From an uncultured Thermotogae bacterium (GTDB lineage: Bacteria; Bipolaricaulota; Bipolaricaulia; M55B111): a stretch of 37,632 nucleotides of DNA. The translations under genes were made by a program, and so were the position numbers. Below are positions 8,255 to 17,898 of the stretch, in pieces. The stretch is taken from positions 1 to 37,632 of the forward strand of contig CAZDMI010000003.1 of assembly GCA_964506635.1 (NCBI GenBank), read 5' to 3'. Below the pieces are notes generated by a model that saw only the letters and a list, made by a program, of their open reading frames with translations, did not search any database and was not told the origin of the DNA. Position 1 is the first letter of the stretch; each line of letters starts with the position of its first letter.

Positions 8255-10870
8255 ATGTTTGAAAAAGTAAAACAGGCAGTGGATTGGATTTTCGGGCAAA
8301 CCAACGAGCAAAAATTATCCATGCTCCGCGATTACGTCGAACAGGTCAACGAACTTTCCGACGAGGTCGCACAGCTCTCAAAGGCTCAAATGCGGGAGAG
8401 AACTCAGGAATTCAAGGATAGGCTTGATAACGGCGCTGAGCTGGATGACCTAATTCCAGAAGCCTTTGCACTGGTCAGGGAGGTTGCGGAAAGGGAAACG
8501 GGGATGAGGCCCTACGACGTACAGATAATTGGAGCCGCAGCCCTACACCAGAGGAGAATAGCGGAGATGGCAACCGGCGAAGGTAAGACGCTGGTGGCCA
8601 CGATGCCCGCTTACCTGAACGCCTTAGTAGGCCAGGTTCACATCGCAACGGTGAATGATTACCTGGCAAAAAGGGACCGGGAGTGGATGGGTCCGATTTA
8701 CGAAGAGCTCGGTCTGGACGTATCCGTAATCCAGGAGGATATGGATACCGAAGCGAGGAAAGATGCCTACGAGGCCGACGTGGTCTACGGAACGGCCAAC
8801 CAGTTTGGCTTCGATTACTTGAGAGACAACATGGTGCTCTCGGAAGAACAACGAGTTGGGGCGGATCGTCACTTTGCGATAATTGACGAAATCGACAGCA
8901 TTCTTATAGACGAAGCAAGGACTCCCCTGATCATCTCGGGTTCCACGGAAGAATCGACAAAACTTTACAAGAGGTTTGCCAGCCTCGCCCCCCGGTTCAA
9001 ACAGGATCACGATTACGAGATAGACGAGAAAAACCAGTCCGTCTCCCTGACGGACGAAGGAGCAAACAAGGCAGAAAACTTTTTAAACCTGGACGACCTT
9101 TACTCGCCCGACAATATCTCGATGCTGCATCACCTTAAGACTTCACTGAAGGCCAAGGAGTTCTTCAAGAAGGACGAGGACTATATAGTTAAAGATGGCG
9201 GAATCGTACTGGTTGACGAATTTACGGGCAGGCTGATGCCGGACCGCCGTCTATCCGACGGATTGCACCAGGCCATAGAGGCCAAGGAAGGAATGATGGT
9301 GCAGAAGGAAAACCAGACGTTTGCCCAGGTGACGCTTCAGAACTTCTTCCTCCTTTACGACGGATTGAGCGGCATGACCGGTACGGCAAAGACCGAGGAA
9401 GACGAGTTCGAGGACATTTACGACCTTGACGTCGTCGTAGTTCCGACCAACGAAACGCTACGAAGGGAACACAAACCGGACGTAATTTTCAAGACCAAGG
9501 AGGAAAAGTACGAAGCCGTCGCCGACGAAGCGGAGGAATTACACGAAAAGGGAAGGCCAGTGCTGGTTGGAACGAACGCGATAGAGAAATCCGAACGCCT
9601 GAGCCAGCTCTTGAACAAAAGGGGAATCCCTCACGAAGTCCTGAACGCCAAAAACCATGCGCGGGAGGCAGAAATTATCAAGGACGCCGGGCAGGAAGGA
9701 GCAATAACAATTGCCACCAACATGGCCGGCCGAGGTACGGATATCAAACTTGAGGAAGGCGTGGCAGAACTCGGTGGCCTGCACGTTCTCGGAACTCAGA
9801 GGCACGAGAGCCGCAGAATTGATAATCAACTCAGAGGTCGTGCTGGACGTCAGGGTGACCCGGGCTCAACACAGTTTTACCTGTCGCTGGAGGACGACCT
9901 ACTCAGGATATTTGGCGGCGACCGCATAGATTCTCTCATGGATAAAGCAGGGATGGAAGAAGGTGAGCCAATAGAACATTCCCTTTTGACTAAAGCCATC
10001 CGCAGGGCGCAAAAAAAGGTGGAAGGTATAAACTACGAACGCCGAAAGAACGTGCTAAAGTACGACAAAGTCCTTGCCCAGCAGAGGAAGGCAATTTACA
10101 GCCTGAGGGACCACTTCCTGCTTTCGGAAGAGGGAGAAAGTAGCTGGGATGAAATCGACAGTTACTTGAAGCCGGTACTTGAAGACTATTCCGAAGACTT
10201 AATTGAAGAACACGGTTTTGAAGACGGGGGAGAAGAGGCGGACTTCGACGGTCTAGAGAGCGAACTATCCGAGTTCAGCAACGTATCCCTCCAGGGATAC
10301 CTGGACGAAAACGGCCGTGAACTCGAAGATAGTGTGGACGAATTCGTAATTGAAAACTGGGACGAGCAGCTTGAACGCTTCAGGAGTACTGAAGGGGTAA
10401 AACCCGAAGTGGTAAAGTCAATTCTGATAAAGGTAATTGACCGCAAGTGGAGAGACCACCTTTACCTGATTGACGATTTGAAGTCCGGGGTTGGCTGGTC
10501 TTCCTACGGTGGCAAGGACCCGCTTGTGGAATTCAAGCGTGAATCCTACCGCCTTTTTCAGGATATGCGATCCGACCTCCGTCGTGAAATAGTCGACTTG
10601 CTGGTTAAAACTCGACTGGACGTCGAAAGAACTGACCGACCCGTGGAATCGGAAATGGACACATCGAAGTTTAACTTCCAGGGCGGAGAAGGAAGAAGTG
10701 GGCTGCCCGATAAGGAAGGAGGGAAAGCAGGTAACTCCGGAAGAGATGAGGCCGAAGAAGCTAAAGCAAACCAGGAACAGCGTATAGTCGAGGACGAGCC
10801 CGGGAGAAACGATCCTTGTCCCTGTGGAAGCGGGAAGAAGTACAAGTACTGCTGCGGCGCCGACGATTAA
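8255..10870 (+). CDS. secA: Preprotein translocase ATPase SecA
   Basis: MATGEGKT, DEIDSILIDEARTPLIISG, ATNMAGRGTDI, QLRGRAGRQGDPG; C-terminal SEC-C motif GRNDPCPCGSGKKYKYCCG. Confidence 0.98.
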   Translation: MFEKVKQAVDWIFGQTNEQKLSMLRDYVEQVNELSDEVAQLSKAQMRERTQEFKDRLDNGAELDDLIPEAFALVREVAERETGMRPYDVQIIGAAALHQRRIAEMATGEGKTLVATMPAYLNALVGQVHIATVNDYLAKRDREWMGPIYEELGLDVSVIQEDMDTEARKDAYEADVVYGTANQFGFDYLRDNMVLSEEQRVGADRHFAIIDEIDSILIDEARTPLIISGSTEESTKLYKRFASLAPRFKQDHDYEIDEKNQSVSLTDEGANKAENFLNLDDLYSPDNISMLHHLKTSLKAKEFFKKDEDYIVKDGGIVLVDEFTGRLMPDRRLSDGLHQAIEAKEGMMVQKENQTFAQVTLQNFFLLYDGLSGMTGTAKTEEDEFEDIYDLDVVVVPTNETLRREHKPDVIFKTKEEKYEAVADEAEELHEKGRPVLVGTNAIEKSERLSQLLNKRGIPHEVLNAKNHAREAEIIKDAGQEGAITIATNMAGRGTDIKLEEGVAELGGLHVLGTQRHESRRIDNQLRGRAGRQGDPGSTQFYLSLEDDLLRIFGGDRIDSLMDKAGMEEGEPIEHSLLTKAIRRAQKKVEGINYERRKNVLKYDKVLAQQRKAIYSLRDHFLLSEEGESSWDEIDSYLKPVLEDYSEDLIEEHGFEDGGEEADFDGLESELSEFSNVSLQGYLDENGRELEDSVDEFVIENWDEQLERFRSTEGVKPEVVKSILIKVIDRKWRDHLYLIDDLKSGVGWSSYGGKDPLVEFKRESYRLFQDMRSDLRREIVDLLVKTRLDVERTDRPVESEMDTSKFNFQGGEGRSGLPDKEGGKAGNSGRDEAEEAKANQEQRIVEDEPGRNDPCPCGSGKKYKYCCGADD

Positions 10871-10983
10871 AGTCCTCGATGGTTTTATTGATTTATTGAC
10901 TCATAGCGTTATAATAATTGTAGATTTTGGAGAAGGATCGGGATTATACTTCATATACATCAAACAAATAGGAGGTGTTTTAG

Positions 10984-11073
10984 ATGGAACCTGTAACTGC
11001 TATGGTACTGGGTTTCTTTTGGTCAATGTGGGCAGTTGCCTTTGTGAACTTTATGGGATGCGGAATTTGCTAA
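10984..11073 (+). CDS. Putative 29-aa hydrophobic micropeptide ending in CxxC
   Basis: Manual translation MEPVTAMVLGFFWSMWAVAFVNFMGCGIC*. RBS AGGAGGTG lies 6 nt before the ATG. Possible TTGATT-N16-TATAAT promoter at 10888-10915. Below the ORF track cutoff. Confidence 0.65.
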   Translation: MEPVTAMVLGFFWSMWAVAFVNFMGCGIC

Positions 11074-11108
11074 CTTTGTAGTAAGTTCGGGCTAGCTGCT
11101 TAAGATAG

Positions 11109-11861
11109 GTGATCTTTGTGTCAAAAAAGCGTTTAGTGTTTATCGGGGCTATTGCAGTATCGTTGCTTTTACTTTCGTCCCTGATAGTAACGGGGGATGA
11201 GGTCTCGGATAAGTTATCCCGGGTAATTAGTACCAGGTTGGGTCTTGAAGCCAATATATATCGGGTTATCGAGACCGAATACCAGGGCGAAAGGGTAATT
11301 TTGATCGCGATATTCGGAAACAAAAGGGCGTTAAATAGTTCACTGGGTTCGGATATAAAAACGGGAATCAGGAACAATTTGGAAAAAAACCCAGTAGCTA
11401 TCTCCGTCCTTACCAGAAATAAAGACGCCCAATTTCACCCTTACGCCCTTAGGATCGTTCAGGGTGGAGAAAAGAAACGGCCAAAGGACATAATTGGAGT
11501 AACCAACAGTTTTCAGGAAGGGGCCATGCCCGAAAAAGTTCCGATTGAAGGTGAGGTATTCTGGGGGAGCAAAGGAGTTGTTACGCTGGGAGAAAGTTTC
11601 GATAGCAGTTCCTCCTTCACTGTAGAGTACGGGACTTCAGGGGCCAGTTTCTCGTTAGCAGATCAGACAAAAGAGGAGTCGGAGCAAGTCACTTCTCAGG
11701 AAGAACGGCAAAAAGTGGAATCGGAGACCAAAAAGGATTCCCCCCAACAGGAAGGTATTAGTGGGTCCGGTTCTCAGATCGGTGGTTCGAAAACCGGTGA
11801 AGGAGCTGCTCTGCTAGCTTCACTGGCTACTCTACTGTCTATAACTTTTTCCTTCCTCTAA
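11109..11861 (+). CDS. Hypothetical exported protein with N-terminal signal peptide and C-terminal hydrophobic tail (likely start GTG 11118)
   Basis: KKR plus hydrophobic stretch at the N-terminus, E/Q/S/G-rich linker, terminal AALLASLATLLSITFSFL; AGGTGA RBS before 11118; followed by a terminator. Confidence 0.8.
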   Translation: MIFVSKKRLVFIGAIAVSLLLLSSLIVTGDEVSDKLSRVISTRLGLEANIYRVIETEYQGERVILIAIFGNKRALNSSLGSDIKTGIRNNLEKNPVAISVLTRNKDAQFHPYALRIVQGGEKKRPKDIIGVTNSFQEGAMPEKVPIEGEVFWGSKGVVTLGESFDSSSSFTVEYGTSGASFSLADQTKEESEQVTSQEERQKVESETKKDSPQQEGISGSGSQIGGSKTGEGAALLASLATLLSITFSFL

Positions 11862-11884
11862 ACAAGAGTTAATAAACATTAGGT

Positions 11885-11926
11885 AAAAAGAACTGGGGCA
11901 GGGTAACTCCTGCCCCAGTTGCTTTT
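11885..11926. terminator. Bidirectional intrinsic terminator
   Basis: 12-bp stem AACTGGGGCAGG/CCTGCCCCAGTT flanked by A5 and T5 runs, between convergent genes. Confidence 0.85.
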
Positions 11927-11959
11927 TGAAGAAATCGTTATCCGGGCTTAAACGGCCTT

Positions 11960-12337
11960 CTAATCTAGAAAGTCTTCATACTCCGAACTATCCATAAGCG
12001 AGTCAAACTGTTCCTCATCTTTCAGATCAAGCTTTACAAGCCAGCCGCCTTCGGTCGGGGACTCGTTAATTTTTTCTGGCTCACCTTCCAAACTCTCGTT
12101 CACGTCTTCGATAGTCCCGTCAACTGGCGCTTCAACGTCAGATACGGATTTCACCGATTCAATTACTACCATCTCTTCCCCTTTACCGAATTCGTCACCT
12201 GCGTCGGGTAATTCAACGAAAACGATATCGCCTAATTCGTTCTGGGCATGATCCGTTATACCAATCGTAACCACGTGACCTTCCTTCCTTACCCAATCAT
12301 GATTTTCCGTATACCTTACGTTCTCTTCTTTAGCCAT
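11960..12337 (-). CDS. gcvH: Glycine cleavage system H protein
   Basis: YTENHDWV, IGITDHAQNELGDIVFVELP and lipoyl-Lys motif IESVKSVSDV. Confidence 0.96.
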   Translation of the reverse strand: MAKEENVRYTENHDWVRKEGHVVTIGITDHAQNELGDIVFVELPDAGDEFGKGEEMVVIESVKSVSDVEAPVDGTIEDVNESLEGEPEKINESPTEGGWLVKLDLKDEEQFDSLMDSSEYEDFLD

Positions 12338-12449
12338 TGTACCTCCTCTCTTTATTGTATTGTCGTTAATTGTATATTAATAAAGCTCTACCGAGCAACT
12401 TTAAGAGCAAGTATCTCTTTGTAATTATTTTCCTGAAACCTAGAGATCA

Positions 12450-12478
12450 TTGCAACCTAGAATACGATTAATTATATT
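12450..12478 (+). promoter_or_regulatory. Putative sigma70 promoter of glmU-prs
   Basis: TTGCAA-N17-TATATT. A direct repeat AACCTAGA (12437, 12454) flanks and partly overlaps the -35. Confidence 0.45.
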
Positions 12479-12494
12479 TAATCGGTGAAAATTA

Positions 12495-13511
12495 ATGGAT
12501 TGTGTAATACTGGCGGCTGGCAAAGGAACGCGGATGAAATCGGATAAGCCGAAGGTACTTCACGAAATCGGCGGTTTCCATCTCCTGGAACACCTGCTCG
12601 AATCTATTGCACCATTGAATTTAAACAAAACAGTAGTTGTAGTAGGTTACGGCGCTGACCAGGTGAAAAAATCGCTATCGGACAGGAACCTCGAGTTCGT
12701 TCTCCAGGAAGAACAAAAGGGAACTGCTCACGCACTCGAACAGGCAAAATCGGAGCTGGAATCCGACCGATTCCTGGTATTCCCAGGAGACCTTCCGTTA
12801 ATTAAAACTAGTTCAATAAAGAATTTCATCGACAACACTGAAAAAAGCAACTTGAACTATTCGCTTTTCACCACGAAACGGGACGACCCCTCGGGTTACG
12901 GACGCATTAAGAGAGACGAAGCCGGAAGAGTTAAGGAAGTAGTGGAGGAACAGGATGCCACTCAGGAGGAAAAAGAGATAAAGGAGGTAAATACCGGCGT
13001 CTACCTCCTTGCCAATATAAATGAACTCTGGGCGGAGATCAACTCGATTGACACCGATAACGCTCAGAACGAGTTTTACCTGACTGATCTGGTTCAGCGT
13101 TTCTCGTCAAAAGGCAAAAAAATAAACGCTATAATCAGCAATTCATCTGAAGAATTCTTAGGGGTCAATACACGCCAGGAACTTGCCCGTGCTGGTGAGG
13201 TAATTTACGACAGGAAGGTAAAATCAGTGATGGAAGAAGGGGTAACGGTGATAGACCCCGACAGGACGATAATCGAGCCTGAAGTCACTATTGGCAGGGA
13301 TACCTTGATAAGGCCTTTTACAACACTGAAAGGCGAGACCGAAATAGGTCATCGTGTCGAAGTCGGACCAAATGCCGAAGTAACGAACGCAAAGATTGGT
13401 GACGAAGCAGTTATTAGTCACGCCGTAGTCCGGGATTCGATGGTCGATGATGGAAAAACGGTTAAGCCTTTTCAGTACATAGGACCCGACATGGGTGCCG
13501 GTGAAAAATAA
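12495..13511 (+). CDS. glmU: GlmU-like GlcNAc-1-phosphate uridyltransferase with truncated acetyltransferase (left-handed beta-helix) domain
   Basis: LAAGKGTRMKS, QEEQKGTAHA, GYGRI, EVNTG, EFYLTD, GVN; only a few hexapeptide coils; 338 aa; conserved position before prs. Confidence 0.88.
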   Translation: MDCVILAAGKGTRMKSDKPKVLHEIGGFHLLEHLLESIAPLNLNKTVVVVGYGADQVKKSLSDRNLEFVLQEEQKGTAHALEQAKSELESDRFLVFPGDLPLIKTSSIKNFIDNTEKSNLNYSLFTTKRDDPSGYGRIKRDEAGRVKEVVEEQDATQEEKEIKEVNTGVYLLANINELWAEINSIDTDNAQNEFYLTDLVQRFSSKGKKINAIISNSSEEFLGVNTRQELARAGEVIYDRKVKSVMEEGVTVIDPDRTIIEPEVTIGRDTLIRPFTTLKGETEIGHRVEVGPNAEVTNAKIGDEAVISHAVVRDSMVDDGKTVKPFQYIGPDMGAGEK

Positions 13512-13546
13512 ATCTCAAAAATGTCGAACTTAAAGAGGGGATCGTA

Positions 13547-14494
13547 TTGGAAAACTTGAAGATAATTACGGGTAATTCAAACCGGGCTCTGGCAAAGGAT
13601 ATAGCTTCCAATATGGACAAAGAGCTCGCTGAAGCTACGGTGGACATGTTCCCGGACGGCGAAATTCATGTTCACGTAAAGGAAACCGTGAGAGGGGCTT
13701 CCGTCTTTGTAGTTCAGTCCATCGCGCCCCCGGTCAACAGGAGCCTGATGGAACTGCTTCTCATGATAGACGCCCTTAAGCGGGCCTCCGCAAAACAGAT
13801 TGCAGCGGTAATTCCTTATTACGGTTATGCTCGTCAGGATAGGAAGCAAACGGGGAGAGTTCCCATAAGTGCCAAACTAGTAGCAAACATGATTTCGGTC
13901 GCAGGAGCCGATCGAATACTGACCGTGGACCTTCACGCCGGTCAGATCCAGGGTTTTTTTGACATTCCGGTTGATAACCTGCGAGGGGATCCATTTCTCG
14001 CTGACAGCATCAAAAACAAGATCGCTCCGGACCAGGGAGTGGTGGTAAGTCCGGACGTAGGAGGCGCCAAACGAGCCAGAAAAGTTTCACAAAAATTGAA
14101 TATGCCCCTGGCAATAGTGGAAAAAAAGAGGGATAGCGAAAATGGAAACGTAAAAGTACTCAATTTAATCGGTGACGTTGACTGTAAACGGTGTTTGATC
14201 GTCGATGACATAATAAGTACTGGCGGCACTTTGACGGAAGTCGCTGAAATCCTGGAGGAGAGAGGGTGCAGTAACGTAGAAGCAATATGCACCCACGGGA
14301 TATTTGCGGATGACGCCCTCGAATCAATCGAGAATTCACCTATCAATACAGTTACAGTGACGAACACTATTAAAAACAAGGAAGCGGCGGACGCGGACTT
14401 TATAAACTACATATCGGTGGGCAATTTGTTTGCGAAAACGATAAAAAGGATATATAAGGAAAAGTCGGTGTCGACTTTGTTCCCCCATTCCTAA
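13547..14494 (+). CDS. prs: Ribose-phosphate pyrophosphokinase
   Basis: FPDGE, PYYGYARQDRK, DLHAGQIQGFF, VSPDVGG, IVDDIISTGGT. Confidence 0.97.
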   Translation: MENLKIITGNSNRALAKDIASNMDKELAEATVDMFPDGEIHVHVKETVRGASVFVVQSIAPPVNRSLMELLLMIDALKRASAKQIAAVIPYYGYARQDRKQTGRVPISAKLVANMISVAGADRILTVDLHAGQIQGFFDIPVDNLRGDPFLADSIKNKIAPDQGVVVSPDVGGAKRARKVSQKLNMPLAIVEKKRDSENGNVKVLNLIGDVDCKRCLIVDDIISTGGTLTEVAEILEERGCSNVEAICTHGIFADDALESIENSPINTVTVTNTIKNKEAADADFINYISVGNLFAKTIKRIYKEKSVSTLFPHS

Positions 14495-14500
14495 TATAAT
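14471..14500 (+). promoter_or_regulatory. Putative promoter for rplY
   Basis: TCGACT-N18-TATAAT at the end of prs. Confidence 0.45.
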
Positions 14501-14544
14501 TGTAGGTAAAGGATCGACTTCGGAATAAGAAAACAAACAGAAAG

Positions 14545-15288
14545 GTGATATTAATGGAGACGGTTCAGGCAAGTAAGAGGAAATCTTCGGAAAACCCGAA
14601 TACTCTGCGGCGGGAAGGGAAGTTACCCGCGGTAATTTACGGGCCCGAGCGAGATTCTGTAAGTTTAGCTGTCGACAAGAAGAAAATGAAGGAACTAATG
14701 AATAGGATTACCCGGAGCACCAGGCTGGAACTGGATATGGAAGACGAAACTCACAAGGTATTCCTGAAAGAGATTCAGTACGACCACCTTACCGACGAAC
14801 CGGAACACCTGGATTTTTACGAAGTTCCGGACGATTACCCTGTTGAAATGGATATTCCTGTTGTCACGGTTGGAACTCCGGAAGGAGTGAGTTCCGGCGG
14901 TATCATGGACCAGCTCATGGACACCGTCACTGTTCATGGAGAAGCGACGGATATACCCGAGATACTCAGACTGAACGTAGACGAGCTCGAAATAGGTGAC
15001 TCGATACACGTCTCTGACCTGGATCTTGGCGAGATAGAAATCCTTACTCCTCAGGACAGGACTGTGCTCTCGATTCTTGCCCCGCGGAAAGAAATCGAAA
15101 TCGACCTCACTGAACCGACCATAGGCGAAGAACTTCTTGGCGAGGAAGAAGAACTTGCCGAGGGCGAAGAGGAACTGGAAGAAGAACTTGCCGAGGGCGA
15201 AGAGGAACTGGAAGAAGGCGAAGAAGAGCTTCCCGAAGGAGAAGAAGCTCCGGAAGCCGAGGAAGAAGAAAGCGCTGAAGTTGAATAG
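14545..15288 (+). CDS. rplY: 50S ribosomal protein L25/CTC with long Glu-rich tail (likely start ATG 14554)
   Basis: LRREGKLPAVIYG, HLDF, GxPEGVxxGG, LEIGDSIHVSDL; follows prs. Confidence 0.95.
   Translation: MILMETVQASKRKSSENPNTLRREGKLPAVIYGPERDSVSLAVDKKKMKELMNRITRSTRLELDMEDETHKVFLKEIQYDHLTDEPEHLDFYEVPDDYPVEMDIPVVTVGTPEGVSSGGIMDQLMDTVTVHGEATDIPEILRLNVDELEIGDSIHVSDLDLGEIEILTPQDRTVLSILAPRKEIEIDLTEPTIGEELLGEEEELAEGEEELEEELAEGEEELEEGEEELPEGEEAPEAEEEESAEVE
15148..15213 (+). repeat. Perfect 33-bp tandem duplication within rplY (EELAEGEEELE x2)
   Basis: GAAGAACTTGCCGAGGGCGAAGAGGAACTGGAA at 15148-15180 and 15181-15213. Confidence 0.9.
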
Positions 15289-15343
15289 TTTTACCCTAAA
15301 ATTAGTTGATTTAGGTAAGAATAGGTCCGGAAGTTTTTTCATT

Positions 15344-15373
15344 TTGACAACTATAATCTGCTTTATATATAAT
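15344..15373 (+). promoter_or_regulatory. Consensus sigma70 promoter of the clpC operon
   Basis: TTGACA-N18-TATAAT. Confidence 0.7.
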
Positions 15374-15399
15374 TTTGCCGGACGAGTAATTCTTGGGAG

Positions 15400-17892
15400 G
15401 TGAGCCAGGTGAGTAACATGTATAAGAAATTTTCAAAAAAATCGATGGAGATAATGGCCACGGCATACGACGAGGCGGAAAAATTAAACGATAAAGCAGT
15501 CTCGCCGGAACACCTATTATTGGCTCTGCTAAAGGCAAAAAATACAAGAGTATATAAATTTTTAAAGGACAATGGCCTGTCCTATCATCACGTCCTCAGG
15601 GTAGTCAAGAGAAACGACGAAGAGGAGTTGTCGTTGCCCTTACAGGACGAGCTAGAACCGACCTCTAAACTAAAAAAGATAATGAAGATGGGATACGACG
15701 AGGCAAGGTCTACCCAGGGCGAGAACAAAATTGAACCTGCTCATCTCCTGATAAGCATTCTCGAAGAGGGGGATGGAACGGCTTCTTCCGTAATCAAACA
15801 GTTCGGGATTACTTCTCGAAAGGCACGGTCGTACTTCTCAATGGTGAGAAAGGGCGACTCGAAGCAGGGAATGGAATTGAAACTCCAATCCACTGAGAAG
15901 GGTAGTAGCGAAGAAGGGGTTCTGGAAGAATTCGGAAGGAATCTAATAGAAGAGGCCAGGGAAGACGAACTAGATCCCGTGATAGGTAGAGAGCAAGAAA
16001 TCGACCGTGTAATCCAGACCATAAGCAGACGGAAAAAGAACAACCCTGTCCTAATAGGGGAAGCCGGAGTCGGCAAAACTGCAATCGTGGAAGGTCTGGC
16101 TCAGAGAATCGCGAGTCAAGAAGTTCCACAACTACTAACGAACAAAAAGATATACGAAGTCGACATGGCTGCAATGGTCGCAGGTACCAAGTACCGCGGA
16201 GAATTTGAACAGCGGTTAAAGACTCTAATAAACGAAGTATCGAACCAGGACCAAATTATCCTGTTCATCGATGAATTGAGTACCGTCGTCGGCGCCGGTG
16301 GGGCAGAGGGTGCTATAGACGCTTCCTCGATCCTTAAACCGCCGCTCGCGTCGGGAGCAATCCAGAGCATCGGAACTGCAACGATAGACGATTACCGCAA
16401 ATCCGTGGAAAAGGACCCGGCTCTCAAGCGCAGATTTAAGACCATAACCGTTGAAGAACCCTCGATAGAACATACCGTAGAAATACTTGAAGGAATAAAG
16501 GATAGGTACGAAAGCCACCACAACGTCAAGATAACCGAAGAAGCAATCGAGCAGGCAGCAAGGTTGAGTGACCGTTACATCACTGGTCAGTTCCTGCCTG
16601 ATAAGGCAATCGATCTGGTCGACGAGACCTCCGCAAAGGTAAGGCTGGACAACTTCAACCTTCCGCCCGAACTGCGAGAGGTATCGAGGGAAAGAATTAC
16701 AATCAAGGAGCGGGAAGAAGAGGCAACCGACGCTGGCAATTACGAGAAAGCGGCGGAGCTACGGGACGAACGGATGGAACTGGACGAAGAGCTGGAGAAC
16801 TACGACGAAAAAGGGGAAGGCTCCCATAACGGCGACGGAATGGTCGAAGGAAAGGACATAGCAAAAATGGTCTCCTCCTGGACCGGTGTTCCCGTCGGCC
16901 GCCTGCAGAAGGAAGAGAGAAAGCGCATGGTCGACATGGAAAACGTAATTCATCAGCGATTAATTGGCCAAAATGAAGCAGTCAAAGCAATTTCCCAGTC
17001 ACTGAGACGGGCGTACTCGGGTGTCAAGGATCCCAACAGACCAATTGGCTCCTTCATGTTCCTCGGCCCCACGGGCGTAGGGAAAACCGAACTCAGCAAG
17101 ACTCTTGCCGAATTTCTCTTCGGTGACGAAGAAGCCCTCATTCGTGTTGATATGTCCGAGTACATGGAGAAATTCAATGTTTCACGCCTGACCGGAGCTC
17201 CTCCGGGATACGTAGGTTACGAGGAAGCCGGCAAGCTTACGGAAGCAGTAAGACATCGACCCCACTCGGTGATACTGTTCGACGAAATAGAAAAGGCACA
17301 CAGCGACGTATTCAACATACTCCTTCAGGTAATGGAGGACGGCGTTCTGACTGATTCCCAGGGGAGACAGGTCAACTTCCGTAATAGCGTAATGATAATG
17401 ACCTCCAACTTAGGTGGTAAGCTCATTACGGATAAAACCCAGCTTGGCTTCGGCTCGCAACAGGTCGACTCCAAGGAATCCTACGAAGAAATGAAGAACA
17501 TGGTAATGGAAAAGGTCAAGGACGAATTCAGACCCGAGTTCCTGAACAGGCTGGACGATACGGTCGTTTTCCATCAGCTGACGGAAGAAGAAGTTTTCCA
17601 GATTGCCGATTTAATGCTGGATAGGCTGGAAGATAGACTGGAAGAGAAGCACGGCCTCAAGTTAGAGCTGTCCGAGTCCGCGAAATCGATACTCGTGGAA
17701 AAAGGTTACGATCCAAAATACGGAGCCAGGCCGATGCGGAGAACTATAGAGCGCCTTATCGAAAACAAGATCTCGGACCACCTGCTCAAGGACGATTTTG
17801 CCGACAAGGACGTAGTTTACGTGGAAAGTAAAGAAGGCGAAATAGAATTAGAGGGGGTAAGCGAAAAAAGCGCCGTCGGCGTCGGAGATTGA
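15400..17892 (+). CDS. clpC: ATP-dependent Clp protease ATPase ClpC (true start probably 15409 or 15418)
   Basis: Two Clp-N repeats, GEAGVGKT and GPTGVGKT Walker A motifs, short UVR-like middle domain ([10 protein letters not shown]), LGF ClpP-docking loop. Confidence 0.95.
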   Translation: MSQVSNMYKKFSKKSMEIMATAYDEAEKLNDKAVSPEHLLLALLKAKNTRVYKFLKDNGLSYHHVLRVVKRNDEEELSLPLQDELEPTSKLKKIMKMGYDEARSTQGENKIEPAHLLISILEEGDGTASSVIKQFGITSRKARSYFSMVRKGDSKQGMELKLQSTEKGSSEEGVLEEFGRNLIEEAREDELDPVIGREQEIDRVIQTISRRKKNNPVLIGEAGVGKTAIVEGLAQRIASQEVPQLLTNKKIYEVDMAAMVAGTKYRGEFEQRLKTLINEVSNQDQIILFIDELSTVVGAGGAEGAIDASSILKPPLASGAIQSIGTATIDDYRKSVEKDPALKRRFKTITVEEPSIEHTVEILEGIKDRYESHHNVKITEEAIEQAARLSDRYITGQFLPDKAIDLVDETSAKVRLDNFNLPPELREVSRERITIKEREEEATDAGNYEKAAELRDERMELDEELENYDEKGEGSHNGDGMVEGKDIAKMVSSWTGVPVGRLQKEERKRMVDMENVIHQRLIGQNEAVKAISQSLRRAYSGVKDPNRPIGSFMFLGPTGVGKTELSKTLAEFLFGDEEALIRVDMSEYMEKFNVSRLTGAPPGYVGYEEAGKLTEAVRHRPHSVILFDEIEKAHSDVFNILLQVMEDGVLTDSQGRQVNFRNSVMIMTSNLGGKLITDKTQLGFGSQQVDSKESYEEMKNMVMEKVKDEFRPEFLNRLDDTVVFHQLTEEEVFQIADLMLDRLEDRLEEKHGLKLELSESAKSILVEKGYDPKYGARPMRRTIERLIENKISDHLLKDDFADKDVVYVESKEGEIELEGVSEKSAVGVGD

Positions 17893-17898
17893 TAGTGA

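Noticed and set aside
10824-11081. 85-aa tracked ORF overlapping the secA end
   Set aside because: It overlaps secA and lacks an RBS; the 29-aa ORF in another frame has the strong RBS.
15148-15213. 33-bp direct repeat as a CRISPR array
   Set aside because: There are no spacers, the repeat is in frame within a CDS, and no cas genes are present.
14695-15342. 215-aa Phe-rich antisense ORF
   Set aside because: It is the mirror of the GAA-rich rplY tail.
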